Origin: Octopus vulgaris
Lineage: Eukaryota
Direction: 5' to 3'
NCBI GenBank assembly: GCA_951406725.2
Contig: OX597821.1
Location: forward strand, 53,878,001 to 53,942,000
DNA length: 64,000 nucleotides
In this document: piece after piece, positions 23,463-36,300 of the stretch
Layout of the letters: each line of letters starts with the position of its first letter
Position numbering within the stretch: the first letter of the stretch is position 1
Made by a program: the position numbers and the translations under genes
The notes under the pieces: model-generated
Told to the model about the DNA's origin: nothing
What the model saw: the letters and a program-made list of their open reading frames with translations, nothing else
The model's database searches: none

Positions 23463-24685
23463 TAATGCAGCAATGCTGATCTTACTCCGTTTGACTGTCA
23501 TATGAAAAGATGATAGCCAGATGGAGAAAGGTCAGGAGAATAAGTAAGATTACGCAAAACTTCCATATCTAATGCCATAATCATTTCCTGAGTAACTTTG
23601 GCAATGAGTGAGCTTACCATTATATAGTGAGAGCAATATTCCTTTATAATGTCTGATATGGACTCGATTTAAAATCATTTTAAAAAGAGTAAAAATCGAT
23701 CAGAATTTGGTTACTATGGTATAAATTAATTTTCAAGGTAAGAAAAATAAACATTAAAATGCTTATTCTATCATAAGTATTCAAAAAGTACCTTCAAATT
23801 GATCGTGTCAGAAATGCGACAGGACTTTCTTTCCAATCTAACATATTAACCGAAGCACCAACACTTGTATGTACAGAAAATAACTTTCTTACCACTGAAC
23901 ACATTATGTAGAAGAAACTGAATATAAAAGTAAAATACTTAAGTTTACTACGGGATATAACCCAGTGACTTAAGCCATCATTGCGATAGGAAATGAACTG
24001 GATTTACTAGATACAAAGTATTAGAGTTTGTCATGTGTATAGTGAAGAACTTCACCGTGGACAGTAAGGGAGGGATGACTAGATGGTGCATTTTCTAGTT
24101 TAATAAACTTCAACAGCAACCAAATACACTATATTTGATTAAATACTTCAAAATTGCATTTAAATCTACTGCTATTGGTCCTATAACTAAATCAGATTGA
24201 CTAATATGAATGTTAGGCACATTTTATGTTAGTTCTGTTACGAAATGTCTGACATGCCTGCAGGCTTTTTTTTTTATACTAAAAATTATTATCGGGTATA
24301 TTCAATGATTTTAGCCATCACTGCATTCACAAATTAATTTTAAAAAACTAAACATCTCTGATGCGATCAACCACTCAATCAAATTTAAATGCTTATTTGT
24401 GTATTGGAATTACATCGCACTACACTACATGTACCATAACAATTTTAATTCAGTCTTAATCACAACCGTCCGACGACGGGGAGGGGGTGTTACTGTAGCT
24501 CCCCTATGTGGTTAGCCATATTAAGATGGCTTCTATACTTTACATTATCGAGCGATTACTGTTTATATCTCATTCTGAGATTTAATAATGCTTACAGTCA
24601 GTTTTTCGAAATCAGTGGCAGACGTCACTAGAAAAACTTTTATATATTTGCAAAGCAGCCTTCTCTTTCATCGCGACCTGGTGTT

Positions 24686-26454
24686 CAAAAACCATTTTGC
24701 TTTTGGAGTCGTTATTCTGGTGTGTTTGTTTCGAGTGCGTCATTGTGAAGGGGTTGTGAGTTCGAGTTCGTTGGAGGACGTGGAAAAAAAAAAAAAATTT
24801 TTTTTTGGAGATTATTGAAAATGCAAGAGCAGACTTATGCGAAAGCGGCAGGCAGAGGCCTGGTTGCCAGTGAACTGGAAATGGAAGAAGTGGTGGTCGA
24901 ACAGAAAACTTTAGAAAAGTATTTCGACAGTTTGAAGAGGGAGGGTGACTGTGTGAGAGTCACACCGTCCGAGGAAGAAGAAAACAACGCGGAGAAGCGA
25001 ATGATAACGTACAGGACATGGTGTGTGGCGTCGAAAAAAATAGAAGTAGCAGAAACGGAAGAAGTAGAAAAGTGTCTGAAGGAAATTGAGGGTGAACCCA
25101 CATTTTTCAAAAGAGGAAGGAAATATGCCACAGTGGTGGTATATTTTAAAACTGAAAATGAAGCAAGAAAGAATGCAACAAGAATTTTGAAAACGGATAG
25201 TTGGACTTTACTACCAAGTTACTGTGGAAGGAGGGCAGTGAGGATAAGAATTGGTAGAATTTCGCCCGAAATGAACATGGAGAGGTTATTGGCGGCAGTA
25301 GTTTTTAACTGCAAGGAAAGTGTGGAGGTGTTGAAGGTGGAGAAGTCAACAGAGGTTAAGTGGTGGGGATATGCGGTGCAGGTTCTGGCACATATAACCG
25401 TGCGAGACCTGTACAACATCCCGGAGGAGTTGGTCTTCCCTGATGAGACACGGCTTAGAGTCGTGGTAGAGGGAAGACCCCAGTCTGCTATCATTGTAAA
25501 TTAAGGGGCCACATGAAGGATGTGTACCCGCTGGAAAGAACGAAAGCACCGGAGGCTGTAATAGAGGAGTGTAAAGATGCGTGTGTGGAGGAGGCAGAAG
25601 TGCAGGAGGAAACGAAAGCAGTGGAGGCCCAAACGGAGGAGCAGCTAAATGAGGATATGGAAGAAGAACGAGCAAGTGCAGAGGAGGAAAGAACAGAAGA
25701 TAGGAAGAGAACAAGGGTGGAATCACCACCGAAAGTTCTAAAAAGGAAAATAATCAAAAGCAAGATAACAGAAGAAAAAGAAGAGAGAACGTGCAAAGAA
25801 AAGGAAGTAAAAGAGAAGGCGAGAGAGCAGACAAGGACAGAGTTTGACCAAGAATGGGAGACAAAAGTGAAAGAGCAGTTGGAAGCGTGTAAAAAGGGAA
25901 GAAGGCCTGCAGGAAAAAACCTGAAAGCATTTGTGATGTATATCAAAGATACAGAAGTGGAAAAGAGACTTGCAGGTAGGAAAGGGTTGGTCAGGGTGAA
26001 GTTGAACCCAAAACTGTATGGTGACGATGTAAAAGGCGCAGTTATAGAAAAAGAAACATTCACAAAATTGAAAAAGATATTTAATGCTATTTATATAACG
26101 CATTATGTACGGTATGACAATTTACCAAATGTAATAGACCAAATGGACTTAATAGAATATATGACGGACGAACGTCCAATATAAAAGAATCGGAATATAT
26201 GTAATGTTAAAATGTAAAATTGTTAATTGTAAAATTGTAAAATGTAAAATTGTATTTTGAACTGGAATATATGTAATTGTAAAATGTACAATTGTATTTT
26301 AAACGGAACTACGAGTTGGGGGTTCGTAAGCCGTTCCATCTCATTATATATAATTCATCTTTATTTCATATTTTATTTTTACTTTATGTACCCCACGTCC
26401 CGTCTTGTAATGTCCCCTCTGAATTAGGGCCATCGTGCCCATAATAAAGATATA
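24686..26454 (+). mobile_element. ORF1-only (gag-like) non-autonomous retroelement (element A)
   Basis: Flanked by the perfect 19-bp direct repeat TTCATCGCGACCTGGTGTT (24667-24685, 26455-26473); single ORF; 3' UTR ends AATAAAGATATA; no ORF2 sequence. Confidence 0.8.
24821..26184 (+). pseudogene. Element A ORF1-like protein (~454 aa after one frameshift repair near 25480)
   Basis: TYAKAA N-terminal motif; RVVVEGRP joins PVCYHCKLRGHMKDVY (Cx2Cx4Hx4C with last C changed to Y); Glu/Lys-rich middle; distinct C-terminal domain. Confidence 0.85.
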
Positions 26455-26719
26455 TTCATCGCGACCTGGTGTTTTTTTAATTATTCCTCGGAGTATATCA
26501 AATATTTTTCTGTTAATGCAAATCGTTGTGTGAGTTCGTTTCCGTTTGTCTACTTTGTTGTGTTACACGTAATATCATTGTTGAACTGTTTTTGACCCAG
26601 TAATTTTTGCCCTTCAGGGTAGAAAATTTCTGTGTGTTTTTTTGTGTGAACTCTTAACCTGTATAGGTTATTTTTGAAAAAATTCCCTTGTCATTTGTGA
26701 CAAGTTTGTGTTGTCTAAT

Positions 26720-28218
26720 ATGGAATTAGACTTAAGTTCAAAAAAAGACTTTCCCGAGATGGGAGAAGGTATAACAACTGTTAAACAAAAGGAAACACAG
26801 GCAAAACCCAGTTTTTCAGACGCCGTAGGTGGCGAAGTGGAAGAAATGGAGGTGTCAAGTTCAGACCGCTCGTGCAAAAAAGTGGTGAAGAAACACGATT
26901 GGTACCGCCCCCTGAGACTATACAGGCAATAAGGGAAAAAATGGTCACCTATAAGGTGTACAATATAAAAGAAAAACGAATGACCGACGTAAAAAACGAA
27001 ATGGTCGAAAAGTGTATGGCACCAATATGGAGTAAAGTTCGTCATGTCAACCGAGGAGCAAGAAGCGCTACAGTGGAGGCGCATTTTGAGACGGCGGAAG
27101 AAGCAAGGCAAATTTCGACGCAAACGTTGAAAAATGAGAATATAATACTGCTACCCTTATATTTGGGGTGCAGAACAGCAAAAGTGACACTGGAAGATAT
27201 ACCAAGGGGCTACGACGTGATGTGGGCGGCAACAGCGGTCATTTTTGATGTTGAATCAAAATTGACAATTTTGAGTATGAAGAGGAAAATTGCAAAACAC
27301 TGGAGAGGCCAGCAGCTGGAGATGATTATCCAGGCGGAAAATGCGACGCTGGAAAACCTACCAGACAGAGTCTTCGTGGGGGAGGGGCACTCCATACGAG
27401 TTTCGGTGGAAGGACGCAGGCCCAGATGTTTTAAGTGCGGGCAAAAGGGCCACGTTCGCTCCGTTTGCACAAAGAAAAATAATACGGGCAACGCCCCCCT
27501 CCTCCCACAAAACGCTGTGAAGAACGCAGAAGCAGCAAAGTGGAGAATAAAGTAACGACTGGCGAAAGCAAGGAGGAAAAAAAACAGGTCGAACTCCAAA
27601 AAGGAGGAAGACAAGAACGAAATGCAAAATGAGAAAGGAAAAGAGGAGGAAATTAATACAACAAAAACAAATATACAAGAAGAGATGGAATTCACGAACG
27701 TGTCGAACAAAAGAAAAAAATCCATCACCCCTGACTCCCCACCCGTAACAAAAAAAAACAACGCAGACGAACAACTTAAAAATATTCTCCAGTCCAACCC
27801 CGGCGGTACTACATTTATAGGCCAGCACTTTAACAAACCCCATCCCCCAACTGTAAAAGGATTTAAACCCAATGAAAAATGTATAGCATACACCACAAGG
27901 AACGAGAGAGTAGTTAAATTTGTGCAAGCAAGTACGCAGATCAGGTGCTACAAAGCGACCGAGAAGGAAGCGGAGTGGCGATATGCAAGGGTCGGCGAAG
28001 AAGGATGGAAAGGAAAAAACTTACAAGACCACGTAAAAGCCGGCTTCATTAAGGATGTCACCCAGGAGGTGACAACTGGGAAATTATACGTCAGCCCGGC
28101 AGCCACACCAACCCAGAGCCCGGTGGCAATGCCGGTGAAACGCCCAGCAGCAACGGCGAGTGGTGGTGGTGGGGAGACAGGCAGAAGGAATCTGTCAGGC
28201 TCCCTCTCGCAACCGTGA
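26720..28218 (+). pseudogene. Element B ORF1 (zinc-knuckle nucleic-acid chaperone), two frameshifts (near 26870 and 27500)
   Basis: SFSDAV motif; EGRRPRCFKCGQKGHVRSVC is Cx2Cx4Hx4C; FTNVSNKRKK basic motif. Confidence 0.88.
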
Positions 28219-28241
28219 GTAAATAATTTTCTTTTTTTTCG

Positions 28242-28727
28242 ATGATTAAGTTAGGTTGTATAAATGTGCGTGGAATGGGGTCGAAATGGAAACAGGCTTG
28301 TTTTCGGGACGACCTCATTTCACATAGAATCGATGTAGCTATTGTTACCGAGTCCAAGATGAAAGGACCCCAAGCGTTCTCACCACTTCTCAATGGTTAC
28401 GAGAAATTTATTTCTCCTAGCCGGGAGGGAGGTGCAGGCGTGGCAGTTCTTTTCAGGAAGAACTTGGACTTACAGGTAAGTACTGTCTTTCTGGACCCAG
28501 AAGGTAGGCTGGTTGTCCTAGATGTGACGCACGTGAGTAAGCAGTCCTTCAGGTTGGTAGCTGTCTACGCTCCTAATGGACGTAGGCAGACCGGTTTTTT
28601 TCGGGGACTGGAGCACTTTCTAGTGAGGTCCAAAACGGTAGTCTTGGTAGGGGATTTCAACACCATTCTCGATGCGCGGGTGGATGGTGTAGGCTCGGGC
28701 GATAGGAAGGGGAATCCTGGGCGATAG
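28242..28727 (+). pseudogene. Element B ORF2 N-terminus: apurinic-type (EEP/APE) endonuclease, truncated
   Basis: CINVRGM, DVAIVTE, GVAVLFR, EGRLVVLDV, VYAPN and VLVGDFN motifs of L1/Tx1 endonucleases. Confidence 0.92.
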
Positions 28728-29096
28728 GAAGGGGAATTTCGCCTCACATACACATTCTTCAAATTCAGTCTTGAAGTGTGGAAGCGATTCCTTTCACTTT
28801 CACACTTGAAGAGTAACAGCATCACACATACATGACACACATCTATTTGTGACCTTTTGGATCAGGTGCCACCATTTAGTATTGAAGCAGTTTATTAATT
28901 ATGATGACAATCATGGCAAGAAACCATGAAGTGGTATTTATCTTATGGGCAGTTTTATATTTCAAGACATTTTAAATAAAATAGACACACAATGACACTC
29001 ATATATATACACACACTCAGTATTCTTCATTTCTCCACTTAACAAAATTCACATATGTTTGAGAGTGGACTTGCCAGCATAGAAAATGGACATTAA

Positions 29097-29256
29097 ATGA
29101 TGATGATGATGATGGTGGTGGTAGTGGTAGTGGTGGTGGTGGTGGTGGTGGTGGTAATGATGACGATGACAATGATGATGGTGGTGGTGGTGGTGGTGGT
29201 GGTGATGGTGATGATGGTAATGATGGTGATGATGATGATGATGATGGTGATGATGA
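29097..29256. repeat. (GAT)n/(GGT)n microsatellite
   Basis: Read directly; source of the poly-His ORF. Confidence 0.96.
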
Positions 29257-29269
29257 TTTATGTATACCA

Positions 29270-29705
29270 CACAGACATGACTATGTGGTAAAAGTTTTGC
29301 TTCCCAACTGCATGGTTCTGGCTCCAGTGCCACTGCATGGCACCTTAGGAGAAAGTGTCATTTACCATAGCCACAGTCCAACCAATGAGTAGATTTGGTA
29401 GGCGGAAACTGAAAGAAGCATGTTGAATGTGTGTGTGTGTGTGCATGTGTGTTTGTGTGTGTGTGTGTGTGTAAGCATCTTTGTGTCAGTGTTTCCCCCC
29501 ACCAACACGACTTGGTAACTGGTATGTGTGTGTTTATATCCGCATAACTTAGCAGGTTGTCAGAATAGACTGATAGAATAAATACCAGGTTTAAAAAACA
29601 ATACTGGTGTCTATTCATTCAAGTAAAAATCTCTTCAAGGCAGTGCACCAGCATGGCCACAGTCTAATGACTGAAACAAGTAAAAGATAAAAAAGATAAA
29701 AGATT
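29270..29705 (+). mobile_element. SINE family A with central (TG)n
   Basis: Family match; tail GACTGAAACAAGTAAAAGATAAAA. Confidence 0.88.
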
Positions 29706-30394
29706 TGCCTATTGATGAATATATAAATAGACAGACAAATATACACACACATATATACATGTGTGTGTGTGTGTGTGTGTAAGTCAGTTGTTCATTAGCC
29801 TGTAAAAAGCACTGCCGAAAATCTCTATGGAGTAATAAGTTATCTTTTATGTAGTTGTTGGCTGTGGCCACTCAGAAAGTTACCATAGCTTTCACGTTTA
29901 CTATTGCTTTTAGTAAAACAGGCAATGACTGAGTCAATTATGGGCAAGAGCCAATACAGACATGAAACCAATGGTAAATTTCAGACCAGCCAAAACCAAT
30001 AACACACATACATACATGCACACACACATGTGTGTGTGTGTGTATTCGTGTGTGTGTGTATTCGTGTGTGTGCGTGTGTATATTTTCCTTTATTTGGAGA
30101 TTGCAACTCCATTATTTATTTCAGTCAGATGTGTATTTCAGTGTTCTCATAAATTTTACTAATTTGTTAAATTATGACTTTTCACTCAACACTTGGCTTA
30201 TGTGAAACACCTAAGATATACTGCCAAATACAAACACACACACACACATTTATATGTATGTATGTGTTTATAAGGTGTAAAAGCACATACATACATGTAC
30301 ATATATGATATGTTTTATATGTATTTATAATAAGGCACATGTACATTTACATATATATGCATGTATAAATATTTACACACACACACACACTCAC

Positions 30395-30433
<39 letters not shown>

Positions 30434-30519
30434 CATATGTGTAACTTTTATAGAATATTTATAATAAGGCAATTATACATTTACATACACACACATACGC
30501 ACACTCACATGTAAATATA

Positions 30520-32533
30520 CAGTATCTCACTGAAGTATGTATACCCCTAAAATATTTCAGTAAAATTGCCATTATTCTGATAATATCAAAGGAAATCCAT
30601 AGAAATTTATACTGAATAAAATATATTATACATGCATACATTATACAAATTTGGAACACAAAACAATGTACATTTTCAAAGATATCAATGAAACATTAAT
30701 TTTCAAATGATACAAAAATATGTACACCCTAAAAATTATTTGCTATATTCAATATTTGGTGTGACTGCCCTTGCTTTCAATGACTGCATTAAATCTTCTG
30801 GGCATAGAGTCGACAGAATTTTCACATATAACCGATGAAATGGTCCTCCATTCATCCTGAAGGATGTCTTTCAGCTGTGTTACATAGCAGGGTTTTTATC
30901 TCCTCAACCTTCCTTTTCAAAACACCCCACAGATGTTCTGTTGGGTTTAAATCAGGTGACATGGTAAGCCAAAGCAATACCTTTTTTTCTGATAAAAACT
31001 TAGTTGTTATCTCTGAAGTGTGTTTAGGGTCATTATCATGTTAGAACATGGAATGCCTTCTTAGTTCCTTGATGCTTTTCAACATTGTTTTCTGCAATAT
31101 GTCACAATAAAGCTTTGAATCCATTGTTCTCTCAATAAATGTGAGTGCTCCCACACCAGCTGCACTCATGCATTCCCAAAGCATAACACTTTTGCCACCA
31201 GTAGACACAGTGCATTTGTCACTATTATCTTCACCTTGTCATCGTCATATTCGTATGATACCATCTGACCTAAACAAGTTGATTTTAGTTTCGTCAGAAA
31301 CAATTTTTTTTATACCCAAACTCCTTCCCCTTACTCAAATAGGTTTCAGCAAAAGAAAGATGACTTGATTTCTGCCTGGCAGTGAGGAAAGATCCATGAA
31401 GACCAGACCACACTGGTTCAAACTTTAATGAACTGTTTGGACAGATACACTCTTTCCACTAACAGATGACACTTCATGGACCAAAGATAAAGTGGTACGA
31501 TGCCTGTCATCCAACATGCAACATTGGATGTGGTGAATATATCTTGTGCAGTTAAAATAGAAGGGTGACCAGAACGATGTGTATTGCTTAGCTGTCCAGT
31601 AGCTTTGTACTTCTGAATTACTTTGGCAACTGTGTTTATGCTAATATATATTCATTTGCTAATTAACTTGCATCCTAAACCATTATTCTGAAAATTAAAA
31701 TTTATTTTCTTCAAAATTTCAGACAATTCTTATCCTTTTGGTGCTATTTTAATCACAATGAAGAAGATTTTCACCATGGTACACAAATCAGAACTCCTGC
31801 AGATGCAATAACAATGACCGGTGCAAAAATGCCAGGAGAAATAATTTATTAGAATTGAAATGATCAGCAGTATTCTCTTTTACTCTTTTACTTGTCTCAG
31901 TCATTTGACTGCGGCCATGCTGGAGCACCACCACGAGCAAATCAACCCCAGGATTTATTCTTTGTAAGCCTAGTACTTATTCTATAGGCCTCTTTTGCTG
32001 AACCACTAAGTTATGGGGACGTAAACACACCAGCATCAGTTGTCAAGCGATGTTGGGAGGGACAAACACAGACACACAAACATATACACACACACACACA
32101 CATACACCCACATATATGTATGTATGTGTATATATATATATATATATATACACACACATATGACAGGTTTCTTTCAGTTTCCGTCTACCAAATCCACTCA
32201 CAAGGCTTTGGTTGGCCCGAGGCTATAGTAGAAGACACTTGGGAAGACACAGTGGGACTGAATGTGGAACCATGTAGTTGGTAAGCAACCTACTTACCAC
32301 ACAGCAACTCCTGTGCCTGTATTGAATATAGCAAATTTCCTTTAGGGTGTACATATTTTTGTAACTTTTGGAAATTAATATTTCGTTCATATCTTTGAAA
32401 ATGCTTATCGTTTTGTATTCCAAATTTCTATAGTGATTGCATGTTTAATATATTTTATTTCCTTTGATATTACCAGACTAATGGTAATTTTGCTAAAAGT
32501 TTTTAGGGGTGTATATACTCCTGTGAGATACTG
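30520..32533 (-). mobile_element. Tc1-family IR/DR transposon, decayed (transposase ~31746-30748)
   Basis: TA|CAGTATCTCAC..GTGAGATACTG|TA; long TIRs (30520-30753, 32319-32533) with internal direct repeats; SDETKINLF, HDNDPKHTS, SPDLNPTEHLW and GSHTKY motifs. Confidence 0.92.
31873..32318 (-). mobile_element. SINE family A inserted in the Tc1
   Basis: Near full-length family match. Confidence 0.9.
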
Positions 32534-32610
32534 TATATATATACATACATACACACATGCATAGATGTACAAATATTAACACACACACACACATACACAG
32601 AGATCACATG

Positions 32611-32696
<86 letters not shown>

Positions 32697-32912
32697 CATA
32701 TACATATATATATGTATGTAAACATGCATGTACAAATATTCACACACACACATACACTGATATACATATGTACATGTATGTATATATGTATGAATAAGAG
32801 CGATGTCTGAGTCAATCTACGAAATTTCACTCATAAGTTACTTGTCATTCTAAATTATAATAAAATTCACTCATTCTGGCATGTGTGAATATCTGTGTGT
32901 ATGTGTACATGA

Positions 32913-32952
<40 letters not shown>

Positions 32953-33571
32953 ATGTGTATGTGTGTGCATGTGTGTATGCTCCTTCTGAAGTTCCTAGTG
33001 ACATATCTATTTAATATCATACATACGAACATTACCAGCAGGGGTAGGCATGGAGGAATTTATTGGTTTTATAGAGACACATACTACTTTGAATTTGAAA
33101 TAGAATATATCATAACTAACAGCAAATTCATAATATTCTCATTGTTCCTCTGTCCATGGAAATAGCTACAAGTACACTACTTGTAATATAAAATTCAGAA
33201 AACATCTATTGTAATCACAGTTGAAATAAATGTGTTCAAATATAACAAAAGCAAATTTTAGCAAAAAGTATGAAATGAAACAGAAATCTTCAATTTCAAT
33301 ATGATATATATAAAATATATAACAACATATAGTAAATGATATGTAATGTTTTATCTTTCTATTTAAGTCAATTTTACTCATGAGTGTGAGTCTCTTATCA
33401 GAATATAGCTGGTGTGCTTGAATGAGGGGTTTTCCACTTTGAGCTAAAATCAGACAAATATCATATAAAGCCTTCTTAAAAAAATGTGTGCAAGTCTTTG
33501 AACTCCCAACAGTTTCATTCATGACTGATGATTATGATGTTTGCAATTACCTGAGAGGAATTCTCCTCATT

Positions 33572-33789
33572 CATTCTTTTCTACTCTAGGCACAAGGCCG
33601 GAAATTGTTGGGGAGGGAGCCATTCAATTAGATCGACCCCAGTACACAACTGGTACTTATTTTATCGACCCTGAAAGGATGAAAGGCAAAGTCGACCTCG
33701 GCAGAATTTGAACTCAGAACATAAAGACAGACGAAATACCACTAAGTATTTTGCCCTGTGTGCTAACATTTCTGCCAGCTGATTGCCTT
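33572..33789 (-). mobile_element. SINE family B, full length, with 13-bp TSD
   Basis: AATTCTCCTCATT at 33559-33571 and 33790-33802. Confidence 0.92.
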
Positions 33790-34519
33790 AATTCTCCTCA
33801 TTGATTGTGGTTGTAACATATAACCTATATTTCAGCATCTGAGTAATACTATTACATTGTATTGGATTAACAGCCATCCATGTAACTACTTTTACTTACT
33901 TTTATAATCTGATTGCTGTTGCAGAGTAGAAGAGAATTGTTTGCTTTGCTAGTGTTCAATTGTTTGATATTCAACAGTCTCAATGATTATACTCTGTGGT
34001 ACAGAGATAAATAATTGCTTAACATCTAAGTAAATTATCAGACACTTGTTGCGATTTTTTATACAACATTTATCAATTTCACTGTAGTGATTACCACATA
34101 TTTCTTAGTCTTCATATTGATTTACCAAACAGTTTATTTGCCCAGCTAAATTACATGTTGCTTATTCCTATTTAAGTGAAAATATTAGTCATAAATATTT
34201 CTATAATACAATAAATTTATATATTTTAAATATGTATGTGGATAAGTTAGTTGAATGCCAGTTTATATATCAATTCAAATGCAATGTGTTTTACTAAATT
34301 ATTCCTTAGTCTATGACAGATGGAATTTTGGCCTTTCTGAAAAGTTACCTACTTCAGCATGGCTGCAATCAAATGATTAATACAAGTAAAAGATAAATGG
34401 CAAGTTGTAGACCAGCATGCTATTAAGCAGAAATTTCATCTCGTATCTAACACCAGATAAAATGCTTATCTGTCTCATCAACATATTTCATTCAACTATA
34501 TTTGTATTTTCTGTTTTAA

Positions 34520-35030
34520 TTATTTATAAGAAAGTCCCAAACAAGGTGAGAAGCTACTTAGTGTGAGTATGAAGGAAAAATAAGATGAAAGGAATGAATT
34601 TCCACTTGACATGAAAGAGTTCAGGTCACGAGGAGGAGGAAAACATAAGATAGATGAGGGTTCCAAAGTCTGGCAGTTCAAAGAAAATACCTACCACTGT
34701 AGATAGGCTTCCTTATTCATGAAAGTTACAACATTCAAATAGTGATGTTGTGAGTTTCATCTCAGGTGAGATAGCACAAAGTGATCCAGAGCTAAAAGTG
34801 AACGTTCACCAGAGAACTGCCTGTGGTAATAGCCATAGAAAAGACTAAGTTTGGAGACATCGATGTGACAAAGATTGAACAATTGAAAGAAGAGATTCAC
34901 TTCTGAATTTCTTCATGGAAATCCAAGTGACAAGATGGTGACCCTGCCCAAGTACGACAATAATCTTCCATACAAGGAACTTACTGTACACATGCAACAT
35001 CCAAATGTATGCTAGAGAACACGTCCCAAA
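34520..35030 (-). mobile_element. LINE 3' fragment, degenerate
   Basis: Residual QSLSHR and FxxRTARLWN-like C-terminal motifs. Confidence 0.45.
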
Positions 35031-35042
35031 TGCGCTACATTT

Positions 35043-35289
35043 ATATTCTTTTATTCTTTTACTTGTTTCAGTCATTTGACTGTGGCCATGCTGGAGCACT
35101 GCCTTGATGGGTTTCAGTTGAACAAATCAACCCCAGGACATATTTTTGAGGCTAGTAATTATTTATCACTTTCTTTCACTGAACTGCTAAGTTACTGGGA
35201 TGTAAACACACCAACGCTATTTGTCAAGTTGTGGTGGGCAAAAAATACAGACACAGAGGAGCACATATACACACACTCAGATATACATG

Positions 35290-35352
<63 letters not shown>

Positions 35353-35475
35353 CGGGGCTCCTTTCAGAGTCTCTCTACCAAATCCACTCACAAGGTGTCC
35401 AAGGTACCACACAATGGGACTGAACCCAAAACCATCTGGTTGGGAAGTACGTTTCTTACCACACAGCCATGCCTG
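35043..35475 (-). mobile_element. SINE family A
   Basis: Family match with central (TA)n. Confidence 0.88.
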
Positions 35476-35619
35476 CATCTATATAGATGATAAAATCCTT
35501 CTCAATGGCAATATTGCACATTACCTTCTCGTAAACAATACATGGTTAATACTCTCATATTCCCTATAGCTTCCAAAATAAAGCTTCCAAAATCTCAGAC
35601 AATTGCATTATTGCCTTTA

Positions 35620-36300
35620 AATTAGAAGGTTTGAGGAAGGAGCTAAGTCAATTAAATCAACCCAAGTGCTCAACTAGTACTTATTTTATCGAGTCCTGAA
35701 AAGATAAAAGGCAATCAACCTTGATGGAATTTGAATACTGAACATAAAGTTAGATGAAATGCTGCTAAGCATTTTTCCTGGCATGCTAATGATTCTGCCA
35801 GCTTGCTACCTTTTAATATATTAACCACATATCTATAACACTTAGAAAATCTTTACCCAAATATCTAAGCTATTACTATCTTGATTTGTGAGTTACCCAC
35901 CAAAACAACCAAATATCACTTGAACTACTTTTATTCATTTATTCTTTTATTTGTTTCAGTCTGTGGCCATGCTGGAGCACCACCTTTAGTTGAGCAAATC
36001 AACCCCAGGACTTAATTTTTGTAATCCTAGTACTTATTCTATCAGTCTCTTTTGCCAAGCCGCTATGTTACAAGGTCGTAAACACACCAGCATCGGTTGT
36101 CAAGTGATGTTGGGGGAACAACAACAGACACACACACGCATACACACACATACAACAGGTTTCTTTCAGTTTTTATCAACCAAATACATTCACAAGGCTT
36201 TGGTCAGCCCAAGGCTATAGCAAAAGACATTTGCCCAAGGTGCCACGCAGAGGGTCTGAATCCAGAACCATATGGTTGGTAAGCAACCACTCCTGTGGCT
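35620..36300 (-). mobile_element. SINE family B (35620-35815) and SINE family A (35925-36300)
   Basis: Family matches. Confidence 0.8.

Larger units (their letters stand above)
19920..24200 (+). mobile_element. Highly degenerate non-LTR retrotransposon (possibly R4/Dong-like), interrupted by SINEs and a Helitron
   Basis: Long A-rich strand-biased tract starting after (AAT)n; only faint residual RT and C-terminal motifs (near 21120, 21575, 22680, 23575); no intact ORF. Confidence 0.4.
24596..28737 (+). mobile_element. Tx1/L1-clade LINE (element B): 5' end present, 3'-truncated in ORF2, with a nested insertion in its 5' UTR
   Basis: Probable start CAGTCAGTT; ORF1 with CCHC knuckle; 23-bp spacer; ORF2 APE endonuclease. 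Confidence 0.8.

Noticed and set aside
29049-29333. Poly-His ORF suggesting a metal-binding protein
   Set aside because: It is the reverse strand of a (GAT/GGT)n microsatellite running into a SINE, with no splice or start context.
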